Origin: Trichoplax adhaerens
Lineage: Eukaryota; Animalia; Placozoa
NCBI RefSeq assembly: GCF_000150275.1
Contig: NW_002060989.1
Coordinates: 1 to 20,064, forward strand
Length of the DNA: 20,064 bases
Direction: 5' to 3'
Shown: positions 1 to 11,414 of the stretch, in pieces
How positions within the stretch are numbered: position 1 is the stretch's first letter
Layout: every line of letters starts with the position of its first letter
Translations under genes and position numbers: made by a program
The notes under the pieces: model-generated
What the model saw: only the letters and a program-made list of their open reading frames with translations
What the model was told of the DNA's origin: nothing
Databases searched by the model: none

Positions 1-17
1 TGATGTATGAAATTTTT

Positions 18-1238
18 CCAAAGTTATAAATAAATACCCGAATACAAGGCAAACTTAAATAAATAAATTCATTTCCTCGGTTATAAACCGCTTATTCACT
101 AGAAATTAGTTTGTTTAGGATCAGCAAAGTGCAAAGCAATAAAAAGGCTAGAAATAGAATACTATTTGTTCATTTAGCAGCGCCATTATCGATAAAGGTA
201 AATTTAAGAAAGAAAAAATGATTTTGAATTCTTTTGCATCACACTTCTGCTTTTAGTACCGGTATCTATTTCGACCGCTTTTAATAGCTTTGAGTGGTTC
301 AGTTAAAGGTTACAGGAAAAGTTTATCAATTTTATTACTGCTGAGATATTTTCCTATTCCAAAGTTTATCGATTTCACCACTGCTAAAATTTATGGAGTT
401 TAGCAATTCTGGAATACTTTCCCGTTCCAAAAGTTAGAGATTTTATTAATGTTAAAATGCTTTCCTAATCCATTAATTACGTTCGTGAGCATATCAATAG
501 ATTAGCTAGCTGTGAGGTTGATAGATCAAGAATCTTCAAAACTTTCGAATATTAAGATTTATTGAACAAAACCTCGCTAACGAAGATATAACATAATCGA
601 TTAGCCGAGGATCTCTAACGAGAAAGAACTATCTTGCTATAATAAGCTCCTCGCTTATATACTTTTCCGCGTTCGCAGTCTTTTAGCACCTTACTTACTA
701 CACACTTCAGTATTAGCATCTCAAATACAGGACAGTTTACACCTTTCATGTAAAGCTCTAGTGTGAGCACTGTAGCGCTCTTCTTCAAAAGGATTACAGT
801 TACTAAACTAGCTATATTTAATACTTAAGCCTCCAACAAGAATATCTATCACATATTGAACACAGTAACTACGGTAGACATTACTAAATATATTATCAAC
901 TTAGAATACAATATTACACTGTCTTGCTCTAGCTAAGGAATGATTTGAAAAATTGATTTCCAATTTCGTTGCATTACTTCGGCTTTTAGTATTTATTTCG
1001 ACCGTACTTAATAGCTTGAAGTAGTTTATAATATAGATTTTATCTATACTAAAATACTTTCCTATTTCATTAATAGTGTTCACGAATATATCAATAGGAT
1101 ATTGAGCTAAATGCAGTAACCATCTAATGCATTTCTAAGTCTCGTTGATTAATCGCATAATAAAGATTTATTTATTGACATGATTTCATCGTAGATTTTC
1201 CCAGCGACTACTAAAGTAATACTACCTTGGATGTCGAT
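18..1238 (+). promoter_or_regulatory. Copy A upstream region homologous to 13890-14525; putative 5'-UTR intron 198-1194
   Basis: Shared blocks CCAA(A/G)GTT(A/G)TAAATAAATA, ATTATC(G/A)ATAAAG|GTAAATT (198 and 14234), ATTGAACACAGT, and an AG acceptor 44 or 50 nt before the ATG (1194 and 14475). Confidence 0.5.
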
Positions 1239-2577
1239 ATGGGTAACCATATGAATAAACTTGATAAACTCTCTGTAGATGAAAAAACTGTTCTATGTCA
1301 ACTCGCCGAAGTAAAACGTAAAACTAACGATCTTCAAACGGCGAGATTCTATTATGAATTAGTCGCTAAACAAATGCTGGCTAAAAATGCTAAACACGGC
1401 GGACAAGAAGAAAATTTATGTTACATCTACTATTTGCTATCGAAAGTTTGCTTACTAGGCAAGGAACTCTTGCTATCTGAGAAATACAATCGAAAAGCAG
1501 AAACAATTGCTCAAAAAATGAATGACCAACCTCGAATTGCTGAACTCTTGGATATACGAGGTGATATTAGACGGCTTGAAGGTAAATATGAACAAGCTAT
1601 TGAGGACTTGGAGAAATCGCTCCAGATAAAGTTTCAAATAGTCGGAGCCAGCGATAGATCAACAGGTTACACTTATTATAAATTGGGAAAAGTTTATTTT
1701 GAACAATCGAAATACGACCAGGCTATGTCGCTTTACCATAAAGCTATGGATACTAGAAAAAATTCATTTGATGAAGATGATGCTGAATTACACCACGATG
1801 TGGGACTCGCTTATTCGAGATTGCTTCTATACGACAAAGCTGAAAAGATGTTTAACAAAGCATTAAATATAAAATCAAATTTGCCTGAAACCAACGAAAA
1901 GAGTATTGGTAATTCGTGTCACTGCTTAGGCGTTATTTATTACCGTCAATCAAAATATGAAATGGCACTAAGGATGCATCAACGTGTTTTAGCAATCATG
2001 ATAAAAAGTCCTGGTAAAAATCATTCCGGTTTTGCTAGATCATACTTTCAGCTTGGAGTTACATATTTTAAATTAGCCAAGTATGATGAAGCCTTGGATA
2101 TGCATAAAAGAGCTTTACATCTTTGGCCACAAATGGGGAAGGGATATCAAGTAAATGTTGCCGCATCGTTTGAAAAATTAGGGATTACCTACCATCACTT
2201 ATGTCGATATGTAGATGCTATCTCAGCTTTTGAAAAGGCCTTGAAAATTTGGTGTGAATTGTATGGAAGTCAGCACATGAAAGTTGCAACTAGTTATAAT
2301 AATATTGGAATAGCTTATGGTCGTCTATCACAACACGACAAAGCAATAGATATGTATGAAAAGACCATGAAAATTTTAATCCATTTAGGTAGGGAAGGTC
2401 TCGCTCAGATGGCTATCGTAAGCAGTAATTTGAATAAGATTTTGAATGAACAGAATAAAGAGGATAATCACTTTCGCCATAATACTGCAACCAGAGTCCG
2501 GATTTGTGATCACAGTTGCAGCACTACAGTTCAACGACCTAAATCCTATCCAACTGAAACTGAAAATAAAAATTGCG
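1239..2577 (+). CDS. Copy A exon 1: TPR repeat array (about 8-9 repeats of ~42 aa, kinesin-light-chain-like)
   Basis: ATG at 1239 (MGNHMNK) aligns with the copy B start. Repeats follow the pattern A-x-S-Y-x-x-L-G-x-x-Y-x-x-x-x-x-Y-x-x-A-x-x-x-x-x-K-A-L. Donor G|GTAATG at 2578. Exon length is 1339 nt, identical to copy B. The ORF tail 2578-2651 is intron read-through. Confidence 0.92.
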
Positions 2578-2674
2578 GTAATGTTCAAATTGTATCGTTT
2601 CGATATTTTTTAGTCTTTTTATTAGCTCCATTCGTGGCTAATGCTAAATAAAGATGCTGATATTTTAAAACTAG

Positions 2675-2731
2675 AAAGTAGAACCAAGTTCTGCCACATG
2701 GAATCAAGCATTGACGATGATGAAGAATCGT
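2675..2731 (+). CDS. Copy A exon 2: 57-nt acidic linker exon (ESRTKFCHMESSIDDDEES)
   Basis: CTAG| acceptor and |GTATGT donor, phase 1-1. Same length and position as copy B 15977-16033. Confidence 0.8.
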
Positions 2732-2878
2732 GTATGTTAGCGTTATAGCTAAATGTACTATGCTTTTATCTTAAAATATTTCAGCCATCATCTTCGCTTG
2801 CTTATTCTTATGGATAGTCAATGTACCGGTGTTTCTTAGCTTCAGATTAAGCAATAGTTTGCAATATATTTATTTTAG

Positions 2879-2953
2879 CAATTGATCACTACGAAAAAAT
2901 GGGAGACATTTCTAGCTTGGGATGTCTAGATAACAACCATGAAGAGAATCGAG
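2879..2953 (+). CDS. Copy A linker exon 3a, 75 nt (SIDHYEKMGDISSLGCLDNNHEENR)
   Basis: TTTATTTTAG| acceptor and G|GTAATA donor, phase 1-1, open frame. Homologous to 16188-16262. Confidence 0.8.
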
Positions 2954-3030
2954 GTAATAAAGATATTTCATTATTTATAAATTAGCTATTTATTAAGATT
3001 AAGGAATAATTTCCAATATATTTATTTTAG

Positions 3031-3105
3031 CATTTGACCTCTACGCATCGATGCGAAGCATTACTAGCACTGAAAGTCTAAATGATAACCATGGGGAGAA
3101 TAGAG
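3031..3105 (+). CDS. Copy A linker exon 3b, 75-nt tandem duplicate (AFDLYASMRSITSTESLNDNHGENR)
   Basis: TTTATTTTAG| acceptor and G|GTAATA donor, phase 1-1, open frame, similar to exon 3a. Confidence 0.78.
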
Positions 3106-3401
3106 GTAATATAGAAGTTTCATTATAAAAAACAAGTGGAAGACCGCGAGCATTGTTCGTGGTTGACGTATAAAATGCCGTAAAAGAAGTCCATTAACGA
3201 TAAATATGTACGCGTTTAACATAATAATTAAGTTACTATTTTTCGTACTCTAATTTAATTGCAATTACTATATTAGCATTACATTTGCGCGTTTAGCGTA
3301 TAATTGTGTCACAGAATGATTATATTTTCATATATACATATGGATAGCTAAGGTATTTCTTAGCGTCAGATTAAGCAATCACTCTAACGTATTTATTTTA
3401 G

Positions 3402-3471
3402 CATCTTACATTAGCGAAATGATGGAAAACATTGATAGCAATGAACGTCTAGATAATAATCATGTATGGAG
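3402..3471 (+). pseudogene. Copy A linker exon 3c: degenerate third duplicate (70 nt, frame-breaking)
   Basis: Same acceptor context and upstream intron motif (TTTCTTAGC-TCAGATTAAGCAAT) as exon 3a, but 5 nt short before the homologous donor GAG|GTAGTA. Confidence 0.65.
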
Positions 3472-3723
3472 GTAGTATAAAAACATCATTATACTCGTAT
3501 AAGATTTGTTACATTTACTCGGTTGACTTACAGTACAACTTTATAATCTATTTAAAAGCGAAAATATAAATCGAATTCATCGAAAAGATGCAATTTATGC
3601 TTATAAATGGACTGTTTAACCATCTTTTTTGATTTTGTTTTGTTTGATAGCTGTAAAATGCAAATTCTATTTCAATATATCGTTTTCTTAACCTTTTATT
3701 TCATTTTCTTTTGCTAATACTAG

Positions 3724-5984
3724 TTCATAATTATGAAAATGACCATTTTCAAGCTTTCGTCAAAACATTGAAGGAAGGTGAATGTCGTAGTAATTTTACA
3801 CGAATTATGATTTTTGGCCCTGACAATGTTGGAAAATCTTCCATAATGAAACTGTTTACTGAAGAGGGACTTCCTTGCGGTATGGCTCAGACAAACATTA
3901 CGGGGAACACGAATAAAATGCTTAATGAGATATTTTACAATATTTGTAACAAAACAGTATGTGATTATCGAAATAGCGTGAATAACAAAATTTTTGATGC
4001 AGTGGAGAGGATCAGACAAAAAAACTTTATGTCAAATAATGATGGTGGCTCCGAGAGTAATCAAGCATTCAATAATGTACCATCTTCCTCTCCGAATAAA
4101 GAAATGGACTCGTCGATCGCAAGGAATAAAATGTAACACCATTTAGGCTCAAGTTCCTTTTTAATAGCCGACAGCAAACCACTTTTAAAAGAGTCCATTA
4201 ATTTAGATAGTCAAAGTAACCCTTTAGACCAAAGTATAGACCGCAATGGAGAGTCTGTATTTCTTTGGCAGCATGCAGATACACCTCTTATGGCAAGTCT
4301 TCAAATTAATTTCTTAGACATTTACAAAGAATTATGTCAGCGCCAATTGCAAATGTCTAATTTGGCGGATACTGAAGACTGCCAATATGGGAAATTGTGG
4401 GATTTTGGTGGCCATTCTATTTACAATGTTACTCATCAACCCTTCATATCAGCTAATGATATCTATATTCTTGTCTTCAATATTGCTCACAATATCAACG
4501 ATAAAATAGTAAAAAGAGATGGCTTCATAAGCGATATGACCTATTTACAAGTTGTGCAGGAATGGTTAACTTCTATTATTGGCACAAATAGCTGTCGGGA
4601 AAAGATCCAAGCAAAACGCGATCAGCATACAGAAGAATACTGCCTGCCGGTGGTTATTTTGGTTGCCTCTCACGCTGATAAGATTGAAAGAGAATTGGAA
4701 CAAATTAGAAGATTTAAACGATTTGAACAGGCTCTTATTTCAAATCTACCAGCGTATCGATGCAATATCTATTCCTCCCAAATTATATTTAACTGCAATC
4801 CAAAAGATAATTGCCAGTCTGTAGTCGAACAACGACGAGAATGCTGTCGCCGTTTACATCATATCATTAATAAGCTTGCAACATCAATATCGTTCATACG
4901 CAATGCAGTTCCAATTCGATGGTATGTTACAGCAGAAATTATGTATGTCATAGCCAATAAACGATTAGAGCAAGAGCCTAGCTGTGCTAGTAGCAATGGT
5001 CTAGAAAAGGGTAGAAAGATCGTAAGGGAGGAAGAAGTACGCCAGTTAGCACGAGATTATGGACTGTATGAGAATGATGAAGATTTACGCTCTATGCTGC
5101 AGTACCTACATGATCTTGGCGAAATTGTATACTGTCCTACAGGGACAGTCGATGGGATTGTTGTGCTAGAAGTAGATTGGTTATTAAATATCTTTCGTGA
5201 AACTATTTATTTAGATACATGTTTATCCAAAACTGCAACCGTAATTGACGATTATCGACAAGCGGTAATTACTGGTAAGATATCGAAGAAATACTTTGAT
5301 TATATGCTACAAGGATTTGATTTAGATGAGCATGATAGGGAATTGGTATTAAAATTAATGGTAAAGTATGATATCATTTGTCCTATTCAGTCTGATGATA
5401 AACAAAATCACTAGATCAACTCTATTTTGTACCCTACTTACTTCAGCCTGATATATTTTGATTTAGCAAGATATACTCTATCCGATTGGCTGTATATTGG
5501 ATACGCGCGCAGCGATATTCCTTATATCTCAGATAGCATTTATTACAGCCTGCTTTCATCGTGCTCGAAAGAATGGAATAATTCTTTAGTGAAATTATAT
5601 CATCATGGCGCTAAATATTACTTGAAAGATAGTTATTCCTATATCATTATTGAGAAAGGTCAATCTCATATTGGGATTCAAGATTATTATCAGAATGAGC
5701 ATGAAGATAAAGATCTCCGTGTAATTATGAAAACTGTAAAAGAATTCATTCACATCAAGCGTCCTCAAGATTTAATAAGAAAGAAGCTAACGGCAATAGT
5801 CAAGCAAAGACTACCTAAATTCAAGAGCGTAGACAGCGGATTTTATGTTTCATGTATCATATGTCAACAATTTACTCGCATAGAGCCTGATAAAAAATTG
5901 AGTAATTTCAATTTAGTTCATTGCATTCACTGTAATTTGAAATTTAACAGCTTATCAATTAGTGATTGGATGCTTTACAAGTAG
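3724..5984 (+). pseudogene. Copy A Roc GTPase + COR + Cys-motif exon, interrupted by stops
   Basis: Acceptor CTAG| at 3723. G1 GPDNVGKSS (3816-3842), G3 LWDFGG (near 4398), G4-like VASHAD (near 4668), COR signature LQYLHDLGEIV, CIIC...CIHC (5853-5933). ORFs at 3711, 4290 and 5427 are all in the same frame, separated by stops. Confidence 0.88.
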
Positions 5985-6071
5985 TTAGCTCATTGCTTTT
6001 CAAAATTTATTTCTAGGCAATTTTATATAATTACAATGGTTATTTTATAAAATGACTGGATAGCTTTAATA

Positions 6072-6682
6072 ATGAGTTATGATGAATTAGGCTCTATGCT
6101 GTAGTACCTACATGATCTTGGCGACATTGTGCAATATCCTAAAGGAACAGTCAACGGGATTATTGTGCTAGAGGTAGCCTGGTTATTAAGTATCTTTCGT
6201 GAAACTATTTATTTAGATACATGTTTATCCAAAAGTGCAACCGTAAGTTACTATTATCAGCAATCGGTTACCATTGGTAAGATATCCAAGAGATACTTTG
6301 ATTATATGCTACAAGGATTTAATTCATACGCGTATGATAAGAGATTGGTATTAAAATTGATGGTAAAGTATGATATCATTTGTCCAATTCAATCTGATGA
6401 TAGACAAAATTCACTAGATCTACTCTATTTTATACCTTCTTTACTTCAGCCTGATGCAGAATATTTTGATTTAGCAAAGTATACTCGATCCAAATGACTG
6501 TGTATTGGATACGAGCATAACGATATTCCATATATCTCAGATAGCATTTACTACTGCCTGCTTTCATCGTGTTCGAAAGAATGGAATCATTCTCAACTAG
6601 AATTATATCACCAATTTAATAAATATTACTTGAAAGATAGTTATTCCTATGTCATTATTAAGAAAGATCAATCTCATATTCG
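6072..6682 (+). pseudogene. Partial COR-domain paralog fragment (third copy remnant)
   Basis: Aligns to about 5070-5670 and about 18190-18800. In-frame TAG at 6102 (CAG in the paralogs) and TGA at 6495 (TGG in the paralogs). No flanking Roc sequence. Confidence 0.88.
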
Positions 6683-6683
6683 G

Positions 6684-7155
6684 TACGTAAAAGAGATTTA
6701 AAATCTTAATAGTTACTACCGTATTAAAAATCTGCAATATCTGTTACACTTTTTATGACTACTCGTTCAACTATTGAGCTAGCCAGCGAATATACTCTCC
6801 GACCTATCGGTTATACCAGTTAATTACTACTATACTATACTAAAATATACGAGTGTACGTAAAATCACAACAATATCATATCTAAATCAACTATTGTAAT
6901 TTCAATAAATATGGGTGACTAAATTATTTTATGTTCGTAAAAGAGATTTAAAATCTATATATTACCCGTAGCAAATATTCTGTAAAATGATATTTCATTA
7001 ACTGTCTTAATTTAGGTAAATATAAAGTGACTAAGTTATTCTGAGTTCGTAGCAGAGATTTAAAATCTGAATAGTTATAGTAGGAATCTGTAATAGAATA
7101 TCTTACAGCGGTCATAATTTAGATCAATACAAGGTGATATGATTGTTCTAATTTC
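6684..7155. repeat. Degenerate direct repeats (~110-bp period between the last two) with core CGTA(A/G)(A/C)AGAGATTTAAAATCT
   Basis: Core at about 6686, 6936 and 7048. GTGACTAA(A/G)TTATT precedes the second and third copies. Confidence 0.65.
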
Positions 7156-8679
7156 ACTATTTTTCTAAAATAAACTTCATTTAGGGGAAATTAGCATATA
7201 GATACCTATACGATCGTATTTCTATGTCTTGTTTTTAATAGCTATCTACGTATGTTGGTCTTTAAATCCCATCCGGAAATTATTGGTGAAATCACGATCA
7301 TGAATTTTAGAATGAAACTGAAATTCGATTCATTAAGTACCTTAGGAGCAATGATTCAATGACATCATAAAGTCTTTGTAATTATTGCTTTAGTAAATTT
7401 AACCTAGCAAGTAAATGTAAAGATTTGTAATTTAAAATTCTTTCTTTAGTCTACTTTAGTCGTAAAGATTACTTTCTTTTACTGTTAAAAGAAATCGTAA
7501 ATCGGTAGGAATTGTAAGAAAATCAAGGGTATCGATGAAGGTTATGATTTAGTCATTGTAGCTTAACAACGAATAAATTATTAGAAAAGCGAACACCTTT
7601 CATATATTGTATCACTATAGAAAATGCATTTATTCTAGCCGTGAGGTACAGCACTAAATGCTAAGGATTGTCACTCAATTTCAAATTTAGGTAGCATTCT
7701 TTGATCTATGTAATACTTGACTTTTATCCAGAAGTCTTTTTACGTATAGTGCTAGAGCTACTTGGCCGTTGAGACTAATTGCATGCAGAATATTGTAGTC
7801 AATATAGATATTCCAGTATTGTCGTACTAAAAATATCTATGCGTGCAAAGGTTTTTCAACATAACTCAGAGTATTTCATATGATATTGCCGTCCATAAGT
7901 ATCAGTAGACTAATTACATCAATGAAGTACTCTGGCAATACTCTCGTATAATATAGCAAATGTGTATATTAAGATTTAAATAAAAGATACCAATCAACCG
8001 CTAATATTAAAAATAAAATTCAAATTGAAAATGTGTTTATCACTGAATATCGTGGCTTAAAAAATTGAGGAGCGAGGTTTTCACGACTGTTTTCGACTAA
8101 CTTGAGACCAGATCTTTATTCGATTTAACCCCATTCTTTCTAGCATACTGAGGATCAGTGTGATAATAATTATTTGCTATTCTAAATATGGCTTTTGATG
8201 TATGTTACTGGTTTTATTGTAGTTAATTCTTGAGATTCATCTATCTTATAGTGGTTGGAGGTAAATATTGTCGCTAGAAAATTTCATCTTGCTACTATAC
8301 GTATTTCATAGTTTTGATAAAATTAATCATCAATTCAACTGAGTCAACTAAAGATAAGTTTGGTTAGCAATCATCTGCTGGGGTCTTATACGATGAAGTC
8401 CTAAAGTAGGGGTATAGTAATAAAATAGGTTCGAATAGACAGATTATATTATTTTTGTTTATTCTCTATCACTTTCTACTGACTCTGCTTCTAGATTTCT
8501 ATTTATTGCTACAAATGCGGGATTTGCTACAGAGTTCAAAGCTTTACAGATTCTTTCTAGTAACTTGCTAGGTGCATAACTCAAATATGGACAATCTTCT
8601 ACCGTCAGTAAATCGTGTTTAAGGTATATTTCTAATCCAATTAGACTAATAGTTAATTCATAAATTGCATTTTCGCAAT

Positions 8680-10900
8680 TTCTTGCAGATAATTTGTTTT
8701 ATAAAAACAGTTATTGGCGAGTATGGTCATTAGAAAGTTTTATCTGGCTTTATTGGTGGCTTGTTTTTGACTTTTTTAAGCTAACTTGAAGCAAACTCTT
8801 TTGCTCAATTGAGCTGAATTATACCTAGTATGCTTAAAAATTTTTCAATGGGAGGTTCTCGAATGAGATTAATGCTAACTACTCGTATAGTTATTTTATT
8901 ACTTCAAGTATAATCATTGATATATATTGCCAGGTATTGTTACAAATCTCATCGGAGTATAGGGTTCCAAGTCTTTAACTAATTACTGTAGTGTATTTTG
9001 TAGTGCAACCAATTCATATTAAATCATAACAAGTATATTTTACGCACTTTTTACAGATCATTTGTTTCATAACAACAGTTGCTGGCAATAATCGTCATTA
9101 GAATATTCTATCTAACTCTATTAGTCATTTACTTCATGATTACTTTAAACCAACTGGTGACAAACTCTTTTTCTCCTTTAAATCAAATTTTATCTAGTAC
9201 GCTGAGAATAGTTTCAACGGCGGATTCTTTAATGAGAGTATTGCTAGCTATAATTATTTTACTACTCCAAGTATGATTATTGAAGTATGCTGCCTCATAT
9301 ATTTTACACATTTTTAAAGATAGTTTGTTTTATAGTAATAATTATTGGCAAATATTGCCATTCGAATGCTCCATCTAACTCTATCGATTATTTATTTAAT
9401 GGCTCTTATGAATAAATTTGAGTCAAGCTCTTTTCCTAGATTGAACTGAATCTCACCTAGTATGTTAAGAATATTTTTCAATAGCGGGTTCTTGAATGAG
9501 AGTAAGGCTAACTATAATGATGTTGTTACTGCAAGTATGATTAATTAATTATTGACGTATGTTACCCTGACATATTTTACATATTTCTTACAAACAATTT
9601 GTTACACATTTTACCTCGTATGCTTTTATAGTAATACTTGCTGGCAAATAAAAATATTTCCAATAACGGGTTCTCCAATGAGAGTAAGGCTAATTATAAT
9701 TATTAAAGTATGTTGGCTGGTATATTTGACGCATTTCTTACAGTAAATTTGTTTTACAACAACAGTTGGGTACAAGTGTCGTTATTAGAAAGTTTTGTCT
9801 GACTCTAACGCTTATTTATTTTATGACTATTTTAAACAAACTTGAGATAAGCTCTTTTGCTCAGTTGAACTAAATTTTACCTAGTACGCTGAGAGTTTAG
9901 CTACCCATTCAGAGTCTTAGATCCTTAGAGTTAGATTAAGTCATGACAGTTATTCAATAAAGGAATAGTCAATTTCTAATTGTCTAGTGTGTCCTAATTG
10001 CTAGTTCCACAAGGATATAACAAGAGTATTTTATAACAACGAAATCTCGAGTGAAAGTAAAGCTAACGATGATGATGTCGTTACTCCAATCATGATTATA
10101 GACATATATTACCATGGTATATTCTACGTATTTCTTACTGTCACAATTTCACTTCTGCGACAAGGTAACGTACAGTAAAAGTCTATAAGTAGTTGCTGAC
10201 TTAAACGCCCTTTTACTTAACGTTAAATACATTCAGTAAAAGACTGTAAAGATGAAACTTTTATTAGCAAAGATACATCTACAACTTTTTACCACCCCAC
10301 TCAACTCAAATGTTCCCGTTTATATAGGAACCGCCTAATTTGTAAACAACAACAGTATTATTATTATACCTTACTAGGAGAAACATCTCGAACTGAGATG
10401 TTCCTTACATAGCTTTTCTATCAGTAAATATTTTGAAACTCTTACTCATACTTAATCTTAATCTAAGCTCGTAGGTTGTCTAATTCAACTATCATCAACT
10501 AGAACTTGAATCATCTTACTGCTATCTGTCACATAATTACAATCAATATCAAATATGTAATGAACTATTACAAACAACATCCACGTTAAGTCATTACTTA
10601 TCTTACCTAGCACTACAAATATGGATATTCTCCATACTAGCTACTACTGCACTTATTTAACTATCCTAATAACAAGGCAACATTGTAACACTTACAGATA
10701 GTTTGTTTTATAATAAGCGTTGTTGGAAAGTATCGTGATTGGAATATTTCATTTATATCTCGGTTATTTGTATGATGACTATATTAAAATAACTTGAGAC
10801 TAGCTCTTTTGCTTGATTGAATCAAATTTCATCTAGTACCCGGTATGCTGAGAATATTTTCAATATAATTTGTTTTATAATAACAGTTGTTGGCAAATAC
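8680..10900. repeat. Degenerate ~260-bp repeat family, partly tandem (about 7 full or partial units)
   Basis: Recurring blocks TTACAG-ATA(A/G)TTTGTTTTATAA, GTTGGCAA, AACTTGAG..AGCTCTTTT, CTAGTA(C/T)GCT, ATGAGAGTAAGGCTAA, TTACT(G/C/T)CAAGTATGATT. Units start near 8689, 9057, 9320, 9590, 9743, 10045 (partial) and 10699. Confidence 0.8.
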
Positions 10901-11074
10901 TTGCAATGAAGGTTAATATTTAGTATTCTCCTTCATAGAGTATTTCTTTTTATTTGGTAGATTTAATGATGAACTGCAACGTAATTTAAGATTTTAATGT
11001 AATAGCTCGTAAATAATATCTGAATTAGTTTAGATGGTTGTGGATGGATTGTGTCAACCAGTATGATGTGAACC

Positions 11075-11414
11075 NNNNNNNNNNNNNNNNNNNNNNNNNN
11101 NNNNNNNNNNNNNNNNNNNNNNNNNNNNNNNNNNNNNNNNNNNNNNNNNNNNNNNNNNNNNNNNNNNNNNNNNNNNNNNNNNNNNNNNNNNNNNNNNNNN
11201 NNNNNNNNNNNNNNNNNNNNNNNNNNNNNNNNNNNNNNNNNNNNNNNNNNNNNNNNNNNNNNNNNNNNNNNNNNNNNNNNNNNNNNNNNNNNNNNNNNNN
11301 NNNNNNNNNNNNNNNNNNNNNNNNNNNNNNNNNNNNNNNNNNNNNNNNNNNNNNNNNNNNNNNNNNNNNNNNNNNNNNNNNNNNNNNNNNNNNNNNNNNN
11401 NNNNNNNNNNNNNN
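11075..11414. other. Assembly gap (N run)
   Basis: 340 consecutive N. Confidence 1.

Larger units (their letters stand above)
1239..5984 (+). pseudogene. Copy A: TPR-Roc-COR (Roco family) gene, probably pseudogenised and 3'-truncated. Inferred exons: 1239-2577, 2675-2731, 2879-2953, 3031-3105, (3402-3471 degenerate), 3724-5984
   Basis: Colinear with copy B exon for exon. Lesions relative to B: CAA>TAA at 4134-4136; a 1-nt deletion near 5408 giving TAG at 5412-5414; a 5-nt deletion near 5452; TAG at 5982-5984 where B continues to a splice donor. No downstream Death exon found. Confidence 0.85.

Noticed and set aside
901-1083. 60-aa minus-strand ORF
   Set aside because: Non-ATG start, overlaps a duplicated non-coding block, and is not evidently conserved upstream of copy B.
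2578-2651. Hydrophobic C-terminal tail (FRYFLVFLLAPFV) as a membrane anchor
   Set aside because: It lies after the conserved donor at 2578 and is not conserved in copy B, so it is T-rich intron read-through.
2385-4824. ORFs 2385-2588(-), 3720-4019(-) and 4579-4824(+), and their counterparts 16897-17205(-), 17180-17398(-) and 18493-18684(-)
   Set aside because: Antisense or alternative-frame shadows of the Roco exons.
1227-5984. Prokaryotic two-gene operon (TPR protein plus GTPase), for example a defence system
   Set aside because: Conserved GT-AG, phase-consistent exons link the ORFs in both copies; gene density is low and there is no operon-like organisation.
9079-9746. Small hydrophobic ORFs (65 and 64 aa) as membrane peptides
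   Set aside because: Non-ATG starts, and they lie in degenerate repeats whose sibling units are not open in that frame.
10382-10402. Hairpin AACATCTC-gaact-GAGATGTT as a terminator or element end
   Set aside because: An isolated 8-bp stem in a eukaryotic context with no supporting features; compatible with chance.
8680-10900. CRISPR array or LRR-coding repeats
   Set aside because: Units are long and degenerate with no identical short repeats separated by unique spacers, and I found no LxxLxLxxN periodicity in the frames I translated.
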